Below are positions 38,380 to 48,109 of a DNA stretch of 64,000 bases, piece after piece. Source of the stretch: Acidimicrobiia bacterium (GTDB lineage: Bacteria > Actinomycetota > Acidimicrobiia > Acidimicrobiales > VFJN01); assembly GCA_047459075.1 (NCBI GenBank), contig VSCH01000005.1, positions 29,693-93,692 of the forward strand, given 5' to 3'. Below the pieces are notes generated by a model, which saw only the letters and a list, made by a program, of their open reading frames with translations, was not told the origin of the DNA and searched no databases. The stretch's first letter is position 1, and each line of letters begins with the position of its first letter. Position numbers and translations under genes: made by a program.

Positions 38380-41300
38380 GGCTCGACCCCCGACCCGACG
38401 GGCTCCGGCTCGCCGCGCCGGTCGGGCTCGACCGGCGCGCCCTCGGCGGGCTCGGCGGGCTCGTCGGGTGCCGGCGGGGTGGGCGCGGGCACGCCCGCCG
38501 CCGCGCTCCCCCGTCCCTCGGGCGTCGCCCCGCCGCGGCGCCGGCCGGGGCCGGCGGCCGGCGGGTCCGGCATGCCGAAGCGCATGCGCAGCGCCACCCC
38601 GACGGCCACGGCCCACAGGGCGACCTGCACGCCGCGCACGGCGCGGTCGGACCCCGTGGTGCGGTGCACCAGGTGGGCCTCGCCGCCCCGTTCGACCGTG
38701 AACCGGTCGGCCCAGCCGTCGGCCACGCCCCACGCGGCCCGCTCGCCGTCGACGGTCAGCTCCCACCGGTCCGACGCCGTCGAGGCCTGCACGACGGTGG
38801 CACCGGCGGGCAGCCGGCCGGACGCCTCGCGCCCGTCGCCGCGCACCAGCACCGGCCGGAGGTCGGGGTCGGCCCCGGCGGCGCCGACGTCCCGCTCGCC
38901 GGCGGCGCCGGTCTCGGCGAGGTGCCGCAGCGGCGCGGCGACCGTGTTGCGGAACACGACGACGCCCCGGTCGACGCCCACCTGCTCGAGGTCGAGCTGC
39001 TCGGACAGCGCGGTCACGAGCTCGTCGGCCGCCCGGTCGGCCGCGGGGTCGGCGGGCAGGTCGTCGGTCGGCGCCCGGTGGCGGGGCACCGCGACGTACT
39101 GGACCCCGAGCGGCGCCAGCACCCGGCCGAGGCGGCTGGTCGCCCGCCGCCGGGCCAGGTCGAGGGCGTCGCCCAGCCGCTCGCTCGCACCCGCGGCGGT
39201 CGTCGGCCACAGGTCGGCCACCCCGGGGACGGCGGCGCCGGTCGAGGCCGTGTAGGCGAGGTGGTCGCCCAGCGGCCAGCCGTCCCGCCCGGGCAGCAGC
39301 TCGCTCTGCCCGACCCACAGCACGCGCGAGGGGGTGGCGGCGACGTCCTCGTCGACGGGCCCCAGCACGCCGGTGACGTCCTCCCGCGGCATCCCCCACC
39401 ACCCGTCGAGGGCGGCCTCGAGCGGCGTGACCGAGGCGGCGGCGAGCGCCGCCGTCCCCCCGGCCACGACGAGGCGGCGCAGGCCGAACCGCCACGACCG
39501 CCCCCGCACGTCGTGCTCGACCGCGGCCATGCCCAGGCCGACCGCCAGCGCCAGGCCGGCGGCGGCGAGGGCGAGCACCGCGGCGCGGTCGGGGAACCGG
39601 CCCGCGATCCAGCCCTGCTCGTGGGCCCACACCGCGCCCCAGGCCACGACCGCGGTCGTCCAGCCCCGCACCGCCCAGCCGAGGCGCCACCGCCGCCCCA
39701 CGAGCACGGGCACCGCGGCGGCGCCGAGGAGCCCGAGGGCCAGCGGTCTGAGCTCGAGCGGGCCCGACCGGAAGCCGAGCACCTCCGCCGCCGACAGCCC
39801 CGCGGTGCGCGCCGAGGCGCCGACCCAGGCCTCGGCGGCCCCGGGCGTCCGGAGCACGTCGAGCGTCGTCGGCAGCAGGAGGGCCGCGGCCACCACCGCC
39901 CCGCCCACCGTCGCCGTGGCCAGGCGGAGCACCCCGCGCAGCTCGCCTGCGAGGAGCGAGCCCAGCACCAGGCCGGCACCGGCCAGCAGCAGCAGCGCGG
40001 GCGCCTGGGGCAGCACGAGCCCGACCAGCGCGGTCACCGCGCCGGTGACGACGACGTGCTTCCAGAGGCGGTGGTGGACGACCAGGTCGTCGGCGGCGCC
40101 GCCGGGCAGGATCGGCCCCTCCCCCGGCGGCGGGGCCGGGCCGAACGGCGTCACGCCCGACGCCCGGGCCAGCCGGCCGAGCATCCACGGCGCACCCGCG
40201 TAGGCCGCCAGCGCTCCCCACCGGCCCTCGGCGAAGGCGTCGTACGGGAGGGGCAGCGCCGCGTAGGCCACCGCCGCCGCGACCTGGGCCCGCTTCGAGC
40301 CGGTCGGCCCCACCAGCCGGTGGGCGCCGACGATGCCGAGCGGCACGAGCCCGACCGTCGCCAGCGTGCGGGCGAGGTCCGGGTGGCCGCCCACCAGCGT
40401 GCCGAGCAGGCCGAGCGCGCCGGCGAGCGACGGCGTGGCCCCGTCGGCCCCCAGCCCCACGGTCCGCCAGCCGCCCGCCCAGGCCCGCAGCAGGTCGCCC
40501 GGGCCGCCGCCGGGCGGCACCATCTCGCCGACGACCGGCACGGCCCGGGTCAGCAGGTGCCGGCTGCCGAACAGCACGACGGCGGCCAGCGCCGTGGCCA
40601 CCAGGGCGGTCCCGGGGCTCCAGGCCGCCGGGTCGGTCTCCATCCGGCCCCGCACCGGCACGGCGGCCACCCGGCGCGACCCGCTGCCGGGGACCGCGCC
40701 GGCCCGCCCGTCGCCGCCGACCCGCAGCAGCCGCAGGCGGGGGCCGACGAGCCCCCGCACCTGGTAGCGCCGGACCTCGCGGTCGCGCACCCGGCGGAAC
40801 CGGGCGACGTGGCGACGGGCGGCGACGAGGGACGGCAGGCGCCACAGGTTCCAGAGCCAGGCGCCGAGCGCGGCCCGGGCCCGGCCCGGCCGGGCGGTGA
40901 CGAGCGCCCCGACCGCCTCGACGACCGAGAGCAGCAGCGCCTGGGGCAGCACGGCCGCGAGGGTGGGCAGCCGGTAGCTGGTCAGCAGGACCCGGACGCG
41001 GTGGCGGGCGGCGAGGCGGCTGGCGGTGGTGGCGGCCACCCGGGTGGCGAAGGCCTCGGCGTGGCGGACGCGGGCGCCCGCGGCCACGACCACCCGCCCG
41101 CCGGCGACGCGCGTGCGCCAGGCGAGGCTGAGGTCGTCGCCGAGCATGTCGATGGCCTCGTCGAACCCGCCGATCTCGGCGAAGCGCTCGGCCCGCACGA
41201 GCGTGAACCCGCCGGGGACGGCGAACACGTCCCGCAGCCCGTCGTGCTGGCCCTGGTCGAGCTCCCCCCGCTGGACGTAGGGCAGGGCGACGCCCACCCG

Positions 41301-41729
41301 GTCGACGGTCACCCCGAACTGGGTGAACCGCCGGGGGTCGTCCCACTCGACGAGCTTGGGGCCGACGACGTCGGCCTGCCAGCGCTCGGCGGCGGCGACG
41401 AGCGCCCGGACCGCGCCCGGCTCGGGCGCGGCGTCGTCGTGGGCGAACACGTAGAAGGCGGCGCCGGCGACGATGTCGAGGACGACGTTGGCGGCGGCGC
41501 CGAAGCCCCGGGCGCCCGGCACCCGGCGGACGGTGGCCTCGGGCAGGACGGCGTGGACCCGCTCGGTGACGTCGGTGGTGCCGGCGTCGACGACGAGCAC
41601 GGCGAGGTTCGGGTAGTCCTGGCGCCCGACGGCCCGGAGGACCTCGTCGAGCCGGTCACCGGGCGCGTCGCACGTCACCAGGACGACGACCACCGGACGT
41701 GGTGCGCGCGGCTGCTCCTCGGGTTCCAC
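38376..41729 (-). CDS. 1117-aa GT2 glycosyltransferase fused to a large polytopic membrane domain and an extracytoplasmic C-terminal domain
   Basis: N-terminal GT2 domain (VVVVLVTCDAP, VVDAGTTD, AHDDAAP, GGFTLVR). It is followed by more than 10 hydrophobic helices, a roughly 300-aa soluble region and a final TM. Confidence 0.85.
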   Translation of the reverse strand: MEPEEQPRAPRPVVVVLVTCDAPGDRLDEVLRAVGRQDYPNLAVLVVDAGTTDVTERVHAVLPEATVRRVPGARGFGAAANVVLDIVAGAAFYVFAHDDAAPEPGAVRALVAAAERWQADVVGPKLVEWDDPRRFTQFGVTVDRVGVALPYVQRGELDQGQHDGLRDVFAVPGGFTLVRAERFAEIGGFDEAIDMLGDDLSLAWRTRVAGGRVVVAAGARVRHAEAFATRVAATTASRLAARHRVRVLLTSYRLPTLAAVLPQALLLSVVEAVGALVTARPGRARAALGAWLWNLWRLPSLVAARRHVARFRRVRDREVRRYQVRGLVGPRLRLLRVGGDGRAGAVPGSGSRRVAAVPVRGRMETDPAAWSPGTALVATALAAVVLFGSRHLLTRAVPVVGEMVPPGGGPGDLLRAWAGGWRTVGLGADGATPSLAGALGLLGTLVGGHPDLARTLATVGLVPLGIVGAHRLVGPTGSKRAQVAAAVAYAALPLPYDAFAEGRWGALAAYAGAPWMLGRLARASGVTPFGPAPPPGEGPILPGGAADDLVVHHRLWKHVVVTGAVTALVGLVLPQAPALLLLAGAGLVLGSLLAGELRGVLRLATATVGGAVVAAALLLPTTLDVLRTPGAAEAWVGASARTAGLSAAEVLGFRSGPLELRPLALGLLGAAAVPVLVGRRWRLGWAVRGWTTAVVAWGAVWAHEQGWIAGRFPDRAAVLALAAAGLALAVGLGMAAVEHDVRGRSWRFGLRRLVVAGGTAALAAASVTPLEAALDGWWGMPREDVTGVLGPVDEDVAATPSRVLWVGQSELLPGRDGWPLGDHLAYTASTGAAVPGVADLWPTTAAGASERLGDALDLARRRATSRLGRVLAPLGVQYVAVPRHRAPTDDLPADPAADRAADELVTALSEQLDLEQVGVDRGVVVFRNTVAAPLRHLAETGAAGERDVGAAGADPDLRPVLVRGDGREASGRLPAGATVVQASTASDRWELTVDGERAAWGVADGWADRFTVERGGEAHLVHRTTGSDRAVRGVQVALWAVAVGVALRMRFGMPDPPAAGPGRRRGGATPEGRGSAAAGVPAPTPPAPDEPAEPAEGAPVEPDRRGEPEPVGSGVEP

Positions 41730-41738
41730 GACGCGCGG

Positions 41739-41744
41739 ACGGTA
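41739..41744 (-). promoter_or_regulatory. candidate -10 hexamer (TACCGT), leaderless promoter of the GT2-1117 operon
   Basis: TACCGT on the minus strand, 9 nt before the GTG at 41729. Confidence 0.4.
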
Positions 41745-41794
41745 CCCGAGCGCTCACCGGCGGCCGCGGACCCCCCGACGGCGGCGGGCGCGGG

Positions 41795-41800
41795 TAGTGT
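41795..41800 (+). promoter_or_regulatory. candidate -10 hexamer (TAGTGT), leaderless promoter of small ORF 41810
   Basis: TAGTGT, 9 nt before the ATG at 41810. Confidence 0.35.
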
Positions 41801-41809
41801 CGATCCGGC

Positions 41810-41992
41810 ATGTCCGGCATCAAGGTCGACGAGATCGGCACCACCCTCGAGAACGCCCTCTACACGGCGGTCGGGCTCGGCATCCTCGCCTTCCAGCACC
41901 TGCAGGTGCAGCGCCGGGCCGTCGAACGCCACCTCGGCGCGACGGTGCGCCAGGTGGCCGAGGCGCTCGAGCGCAACCTCGCCGACCGCTGA
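41810..41992 (+). CDS. hypothetical 60-aa protein (one hydrophobic helix plus an amphipathic tail)
   Basis: ATG start with an upstream -10-like hexamer. The composition is non-junk (MSGIKVDEIGTTLENALYTAVGLGILAFQHLQVQRRAVERHL...). I recognise no homology. Confidence 0.45.
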   Translation: MSGIKVDEIGTTLENALYTAVGLGILAFQHLQVQRRAVERHLGATVRQVAEALERNLADR

Positions 41993-42009
41993 CCGCGGCC
42001 GGCGGTCTG

Positions 42010-42303
42010 TCAGCCGGCGGGCGTGGCGTCGTCGCCGGGCGCGCCGTCGGTGGGCGCCGTCGTGGTGGCGTCGCCCGACTGCTCGTCGGTCTGGGTCGTC
42101 CCGGCGCCCTCCTCGGCGGTGGTCGAGGTCGCCTCGGTGGTGGTGGTCGTCGACTCGGTGGTCGTCGTCTCGCGCACGCCCGAGGTGGGGATCGTGTCGT
42201 CGCCGTCGTCACCGCAGGCCGCGAGGGCCAGGGCGACCAGCGGCGCGAGGATCACGGCGGCGAGTCGACGTCGACCGGCGGGGGATGCGACGGCTCGGGA
42301 CAT
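42010..42303 (-). CDS. small lipoprotein made almost entirely of a Thr/Asp/Glu-rich disordered region
   Basis: 97 aa. The signal peptide carries the lipobox LALAAC, with Cys at position 30. The mature part reads GDDGDDTIPTSGVRETTTTESTTTTTEATSTT... A TAGCGT hexamer lies 8 nt before the ATG. Confidence 0.6.
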   Translation of the reverse strand: MSRAVASPAGRRRLAAVILAPLVALALAACGDDGDDTIPTSGVRETTTTESTTTTTEATSTTAEEGAGTTQTDEQSGDATTTAPTDGAPGDDATPAG

Positions 42304-42311
42304 GGCAGGTG

Positions 42312-42317
42312 ACGCTA
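42312..42317 (-). promoter_or_regulatory. candidate -10 hexamer (TAGCGT), leaderless promoter of the lipoprotein gene
   Basis: TAGCGT on the minus strand, 8 nt before the ATG at 42303. Confidence 0.45.
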
Positions 42318-42365
42318 TCCCCGCGCCCCCGCCGGCGCACAACCGGCCCGGCCCGGCGCCGGGGG

Positions 42366-42371
42366 TAGCGT
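42366..42371 (+). promoter_or_regulatory. candidate -10 hexamer (TAGCGT), leaderless promoter of the GT4-rmd-gmd-cofDE operon
   Basis: TAGCGT followed by the 8-nt spacer GACCCGCC and the GTG at 42380. The 18-mer is identical to 16108..16125. Confidence 0.5.
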
Positions 42372-42379
42372 GACCCGCC

Positions 42380-43519
42380 GTGCTCCGGGTGGCCGTCGAC
42401 CTCACCTCCCAGCTCACACCCCTCACCGGCGTCGGCGTCATGGTCGACGAGCTGGTGCGCCGGCTGGCCCGCCGCGACGACCTCGCCCTCACCGGGTTCG
42501 CCGTGACCTGGCGGGGCCGGGGCCGGCTCCGCGACGTCGTCCCGCCGGGCGTCGCCGTCGTCGACCGGCCCATGGCCGCCCGGCCGCTGCACGAGCTGTG
42601 GCGGCGGGCCGACCACCCCCGCGTCGACCTGTGGATCGGGCGCCACGACGTCGTGTGGGGGCCCAACTTCGTCACGCCGCCCACCCGGGCGGCCGAGGTC
42701 GTGACCGTCCACGACCTGACCTTCGTCCACTACCCGCAGCTGGCCAACGAGTTCACGCTGTCCTTCCCCGGGCTCATCCGCCGCGCGCTCCGCCGGGGCG
42801 CCTGGGTCCACACGCCCTCGGAGTTCGTCCGGGCCGAGGTGGTCGAGCACTTCGGGGCGCCGCCCGAGCGGGTGGTCGCGATCCACCACGGCGTGCGCCC
42901 GGCGACGGGCGGCGACCCGGCGCGGGGCCGGGCCCTGGCCGGCGGCGACCGCTACGTGCTCGCCATCGGCACGGTCGAGCCCCGCAAGGACCTGCCCACC
43001 CTCGTGCGGGCGGTCGACGCCCTGGCCGCCGACGACCCGGACCTGCGGCTCGTGCTGGCCGGCGCCGACGGCTGGGGCGCCGAGGCGCTCACCGCGGCCG
43101 TCGCCGCCGCGGCCCACGGCGACCGGGTGGTCCGGCTCGGGCGGGTCGACGAGGCCGACCGCGCCGCGCTGCTCGCCGGCGCCGCCGTGCTCGCCTTCCC
43201 GTCGGTGTACGAGGGGTTCGGCCTGCCCGCGGTCGAGGCCATGGCGGCCGGCGTGCCGGTCGTCGCCACCCGCGCCGGCGCGCTGCCCGAGGTGTGCGGC
43301 GACGGCGCCGTGCTCGTCCCGGTGGGCGACGCCGACGCCCTGGCCGAGGCGCTCGGCCGGGTGCTGGCCGACGACGCGCACCGCGCCGCGCTGGTCGAGC
43401 GGGGGCGGCGGGTCGCCGCCCGCTACGACTGGGACGACACCGCCGACGCGGTGGCCGCGCTCCTGCGACGTGCCGGTTCTCCGGCCGCGGGGCCGACCAC
43501 CTACGATGACCCGGCGTGA
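42380..43519 (+). CDS. GT4-family glycosyltransferase
   Basis: 379 aa with a GT-B fold and the EX7E motif FPSVYEGFGLPAVEAMAAG. Confidence 0.9.
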   Translation: MLRVAVDLTSQLTPLTGVGVMVDELVRRLARRDDLALTGFAVTWRGRGRLRDVVPPGVAVVDRPMAARPLHELWRRADHPRVDLWIGRHDVVWGPNFVTPPTRAAEVVTVHDLTFVHYPQLANEFTLSFPGLIRRALRRGAWVHTPSEFVRAEVVEHFGAPPERVVAIHHGVRPATGGDPARGRALAGGDRYVLAIGTVEPRKDLPTLVRAVDALAADDPDLRLVLAGADGWGAEALTAAVAAAAHGDRVVRLGRVDEADRAALLAGAAVLAFPSVYEGFGLPAVEAMAAGVPVVATRAGALPEVCGDGAVLVPVGDADALAEALGRVLADDAHRAALVERGRRVAARYDWDDTADAVAALLRRAGSPAAGPTTYDDPA

Positions 43520-44411
43520 GAGCGCTGGTCACCGGAGCGGGGGGTTTCGTCGGTGCCCACCTCGTCCGGCACCTGCAGGAGCAGGGCGACGAGGTCGTCC
43601 GGCTCGAGCGCCGGGAGGACGGCGTCGACATCACCGACGCCGAGGCGATCACCGACGCCGTGGTGGCCGCCAAGCCCGAGGCGATCTACCACCTGGCCGG
43701 CGCGGCCGACGTCGGCGGCAGCTGGGCCGAGCCCCGGGCCACGTTCCTGGCCAACGCGCTCGGCACGCTCAACGTCCTCGAGGCCGCCCGGGCCGCCGGC
43801 GCCGAGCGCGTGCTCGCCGTGTCGAGCGCCGACGTCTACGGCCGGGTCAGCGAGGACGAGCTCCCCATCCGCGAGGACCAGCCCCTCCGGCCGGTCTCGC
43901 CCTACGCGGCGTCCAAGGTGGCGGCCGACGCGCTCGCCCAGCAGGCGTGGCTGGGCCACGGGCTGCCGGTCATCCGGGTCCGGGCGTTCAACCACCTGGG
44001 CCCCGGGCAGAGCGACCGCTTCGTCGCCCCCTCGCTCGCCGCGCGCATCGCCCGCAACGAGCGCGACGGCGGCGACGAGGTGCCGATCGGCAACCTCACG
44101 CCGCGCCGCGACGTCACCGACGTCCGCGACGTCGTGCGCGCCTACCGCCTCCTCATGGAGGTCGGCGAGCCGGGGGCCGTGTACAACATCTGCAGCGGTC
44201 ACGCCGTGTCCGTCGAGCACATCGCCAAGACGCTCCTGGGGATGGCGGCGCGGCCCATGCGCCTCGTCGTCGACCCGTCCCTCCAGCGCCCGGTCGACAT
44301 CCCCGTGCTGGTGGGCGACAACACCGCCCTCCGGCAGGCGACCGGGTGGGAGCCCACCATCCCCCTCGAGCAGACGCTGGCCGACGTACTGACAGACTGG
44401 CGTGCTCGTCT

Positions 44412-44421
<10 letters not shown>
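43516..44421 (+). CDS. rmd: extended SDR, GDP-4-keto-6-deoxy-D-mannose reductase-like (Rmd-like)
   Basis: 301 aa with TGAGGFVG, a catalytic SS...Y..SK set (VSSADVYG, SPYAASK). GTGA overlap with the GT4 gene, and it lies immediately upstream of gmd. The exact product sugar is not determinable by eye. Confidence 0.65.
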
Positions 44422-45444
<1,023 letters not shown>

Positions 45445-45457
45445 CCTGGTCGCGGCC

Positions 45458-46402
45458 GTGACCAGCGTCGCCGTCCTGTGCGGCGGGGTCGGCGCGGCGC
45501 GCCTGCTCGCCGGGCTGGTGCGGACCGTGCCCCCCGCCGGCGTCACCGCCGTGGTGAACACCGGCGACGACATGGAGCTCCACGGGCTGGCCATCAGCCC
45601 CGACCTCGACACCGTCGTCTACACGGTCGCCGGGGCCGTCGACCCCCAGCGGGGCTGGGGCCTGCGCGACGAGACGTGGAACGCCATGGCCGCCCTCGAG
45701 CGCTACGGCGGCGCCACCTGGTTCAGCCTCGGTGACCGCGACCTGGCCACCCACCTCTACCGCACGCAGCGGATGCGGGAGGGGGCGCCGCTGTCGACGG
45801 TCACCGGCGAGATCGCCCGGGCCTGGGGCCTCGAGCTGACCGTGCTGCCGGTGACCGACGACCGGGTGCGCACGATGCTCACGATCGCCCCCGAGGCCGG
45901 CGAGGAGGGCGGCCGGGAGATCGGCTTCCAGGACTACTTCGTGGCCCGCCGCCACGCCGTGCCCGTCAGCCGGGTGCGCTTCGCGGGCGCCGACGAGGCC
46001 CGCCCCGCGCCGGGCGTCCTCGAAGCGCTGACCGGCGCCGACGCCGTCATCATCGCCCCCTCCAACCCGATCGTGTCGATCGGCCCGCTGCTGGCCGTGC
46101 CCGGCGTCCGCGAGGCGGTCGCCGGCCGCCGCGAGTCGGTCGTCGCCATCTCGCCGCTGGTCGGCGGCCGGGCCCTCAAGGGCCCCGCCGACCGGCTGAT
46201 GCGCGAGCTGGGCCACGAGGACTCGGTCGTCGGCGTGGCCCGCCTCTACGCCCCGCTGGCGGGCACGCTCGTCATCGACCGGGCCGACGCCGAGCTGGCC
46301 GACGAGGTCCGGGCGGCGGGCTTGCGCTGCGTCGTGACCGACACGATCATGCGGGGCCCCGCCGAGGCCGCCGCGCTGTGCGGCGTCGCGCTCGGCCTGT
46401 AG
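45458..46402 (+). CDS. cofD: 2-phospho-L-lactate (or EPPG) transferase, F420 biosynthesis
   Basis: 314 aa. The CofD/FbiA pattern is present (LCGGVGAARLL, NTGDD, PSNPIVSIGP). Confidence 0.92.
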   Translation: MTSVAVLCGGVGAARLLAGLVRTVPPAGVTAVVNTGDDMELHGLAISPDLDTVVYTVAGAVDPQRGWGLRDETWNAMAALERYGGATWFSLGDRDLATHLYRTQRMREGAPLSTVTGEIARAWGLELTVLPVTDDRVRTMLTIAPEAGEEGGREIGFQDYFVARRHAVPVSRVRFAGADEARPAPGVLEALTGADAVIIAPSNPIVSIGPLLAVPGVREAVAGRRESVVAISPLVGGRALKGPADRLMRELGHEDSVVGVARLYAPLAGTLVIDRADAELADEVRAAGLRCVVTDTIMRGPAEAAALCGVALGL

Positions 46403-46416
46403 CGGGAGGACCGGTG

Positions 46417-47121
46417 GTGGCTCGCGGACTCGAGATCGTGCCGATCGACGGCGTGGGCGAGGTGCGCCCCGGCGACGACCTGTCCCGGCTGCTCGCCCGG
46501 GCCGCCCCCGACATGGCCGACGGCGACGTCGTCGTCGTCACCCAGAAGGTCGTGTCCAAGGCCGAGGCCCAGCTCGTGCCGCTCGCGCCCGGCGACCCCG
46601 ACGCCAAGTCCCGGCTCGTCGAGGGCGAGTCCGTGCGCATCCTCCGCCGCCGCGGCGACCTCACGATCAGCGAGACCCGCCACGGCTTCGTGTGCGCCAA
46701 CGCCGGCGTCGACCTGTCCAACGTCGAGCGGGGCTGGGCCGCGCTGCTGCCCGAGGACCCGGACCGGTCGGCCCGGCGGCTCCGGGACGGGCTGCGGGCC
46801 CGCCTCGGGGTGACGGTCGCCGTCGTCATCAGCGACACCTTCGGCCGGCCGTGGCGGCGGGGCGTCACCGACGTCGCCATCGGCTGCGCCGGCATCCGCC
46901 CCGTCGTCGACCTGCGGGGCACGAGCGACGCGCTCGGGCAGGAGCTGACCGCCACCGAGGTGTGCGTCGTCGACGAGATCGCCGCCGCGGCCGAGCTCGT
47001 CATGGGCAAGGCCCGGGGCGTCCCCGCCGCCATCGTCCGGGGCGTCGACCCCGAGTGGCTCGGCCGGGGCGACGTCCGCTCCGAGGTCGTGCGGCCGCCG
47101 CACGAGGACCTCTTCCGCTGA
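46417..47121 (+). CDS. cofE: coenzyme F420:L-glutamate ligase (CofE domain only)
   Basis: 234 aa with VTQKVVSKAEA, HGFVCANAGVD, SDTFGRPWR. GTG at 46417, 6 nt after GGGAGGA. No nitroreductase-like C-terminal domain is present. Confidence 0.88.
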   Translation: MARGLEIVPIDGVGEVRPGDDLSRLLARAAPDMADGDVVVVTQKVVSKAEAQLVPLAPGDPDAKSRLVEGESVRILRRRGDLTISETRHGFVCANAGVDLSNVERGWAALLPEDPDRSARRLRDGLRARLGVTVAVVISDTFGRPWRRGVTDVAIGCAGIRPVVDLRGTSDALGQELTATEVCVVDEIAAAAELVMGKARGVPAAIVRGVDPEWLGRGDVRSEVVRPPHEDLFR

Positions 47122-47161
47122 CCGCGGGCCGCCCGGCCGTCCCGCCCCGGGCCGCGCGCCC

Positions 47162-48109
47162 TCAGGCCCGCCGGCCCCGCGCCCGCTCGAGCACCTGGGC
47201 GATCCCGGCGTCGAGGTCGGTCCACGGCCGCCAGCCGAGCTGCATGGCCGCCCGGCCCGGGTCGAGGGCCGAGCGCTGCACCTCGCCGGGCCGGGCCGCG
47301 GCCGGCTGCGGCGGGCGGTCGACGCCCGCGACGGCCGCCATGGCGTCGTACAGGTCGTTGATCGACGTCTCGACGCCGGTGCCGACGTTGATGAGCAGGC
47401 CGTCGCCCCGCTCCCCCGCCCGCACGAGCGCGTCGACCGCGTCGTCGACGAAGAGGAAGTCGCGGGTCTGCTCGCCGTCGCCGTAGACGGTGCAGGGCTC
47501 GCCGGCGACCAACCGCTCGGCGAAGGTGGCGATGACGCCGCCCCGCACCGGGTCGGCGCGGGGGCCGTAGACGTTGGCCACCGCCAGGGCGGTGAACTCC
47601 AGGTCGTGCAGCCGCCGGTAGAGGTGCAGGTACTCGAGCACGGCCCGCTGGGCGGCGCCTCGGGGCGACACCGGCGCCATGCGCTGCGACTCCTTCACCG
47701 GCAGGTCGCGGGCCGGCACCGCCCCGTAGAGGTCGGCGCCGCCGAGCGCCACGACGACCTTGCGGCTGCCGCCCCGCCGGGCCCCCTCGAGCACGTGCAC
47801 GGTACCGAGCACGTTCACCGCGGCGTCGACGCCCGGGCGCTCGACCGACGCGGGGACGTCGACGTGCGCCGCCAGGTGGAACACCACCTCGGGCCGGCGT
47901 CGGGCCACGACGTCGACGACGTGCGGGTCGCGCACGTCGATCTGGTGGAAGGCGAGCCGCTGCGTGCGCTCGGCCCGGGCAGCGGACAGGTTGGCCAGCG
48001 ACCCCGCGCTCAGGTCGTCGAGCACCTGCACGCTGTGGCCCTCGGCCAGGAGCCGGTCGACGAGCGTCGAGCCGATGAAGCCGCCGCCGCCCGTGACCAG
48101 CACGTTCAT
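47162..48109 (-). CDS. extended-SDR epimerase/dehydratase-like protein lacking the Ser-Tyr-Lys catalytic triad
   Basis: 315 aa. The Rossmann motif GGGGFIGS and DDLSAG are intact. The triad positions read ALGGADLYG and SPRGAAQRA instead of SSxxxxYG and SPYxxSK. ATGA overlap with manC. Confidence 0.8.
   Translation of the reverse strand: MNVLVTGGGGFIGSTLVDRLLAEGHSVQVLDDLSAGSLANLSAARAERTQRLAFHQIDVRDPHVVDVVARRRPEVVFHLAAHVDVPASVERPGVDAAVNVLGTVHVLEGARRGGSRKVVVALGGADLYGAVPARDLPVKESQRMAPVSPRGAAQRAVLEYLHLYRRLHDLEFTALAVANVYGPRADPVRGGVIATFAERLVAGEPCTVYGDGEQTRDFLFVDDAVDALVRAGERGDGLLINVGTGVETSINDLYDAMAAVAGVDRPPQPAAARPGEVQRSALDPGRAAMQLGWRPWTDLDAGIAQVLERARGRRA

Noticed and set aside
38380-41346. N-terminal 989 aa of the 1649-aa track ORF 36397..41346
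   Set aside because: This part is an Arg/Gly/Ala/Pro-rich read-through in the wrong frame of the GT2-1117 gene. Only the C-terminal 660 aa, from the GTG at 38379 (which overlaps the GT2 stop), look like a real protein.
42010-42684. Long 224-aa version of the lipoprotein ORF
   Set aside because: The upstream 127 codons are antisense to the GT4 gene start. The ATG at 42303 has a signal peptide and lipobox, and a -10 hexamer at leaderless distance.
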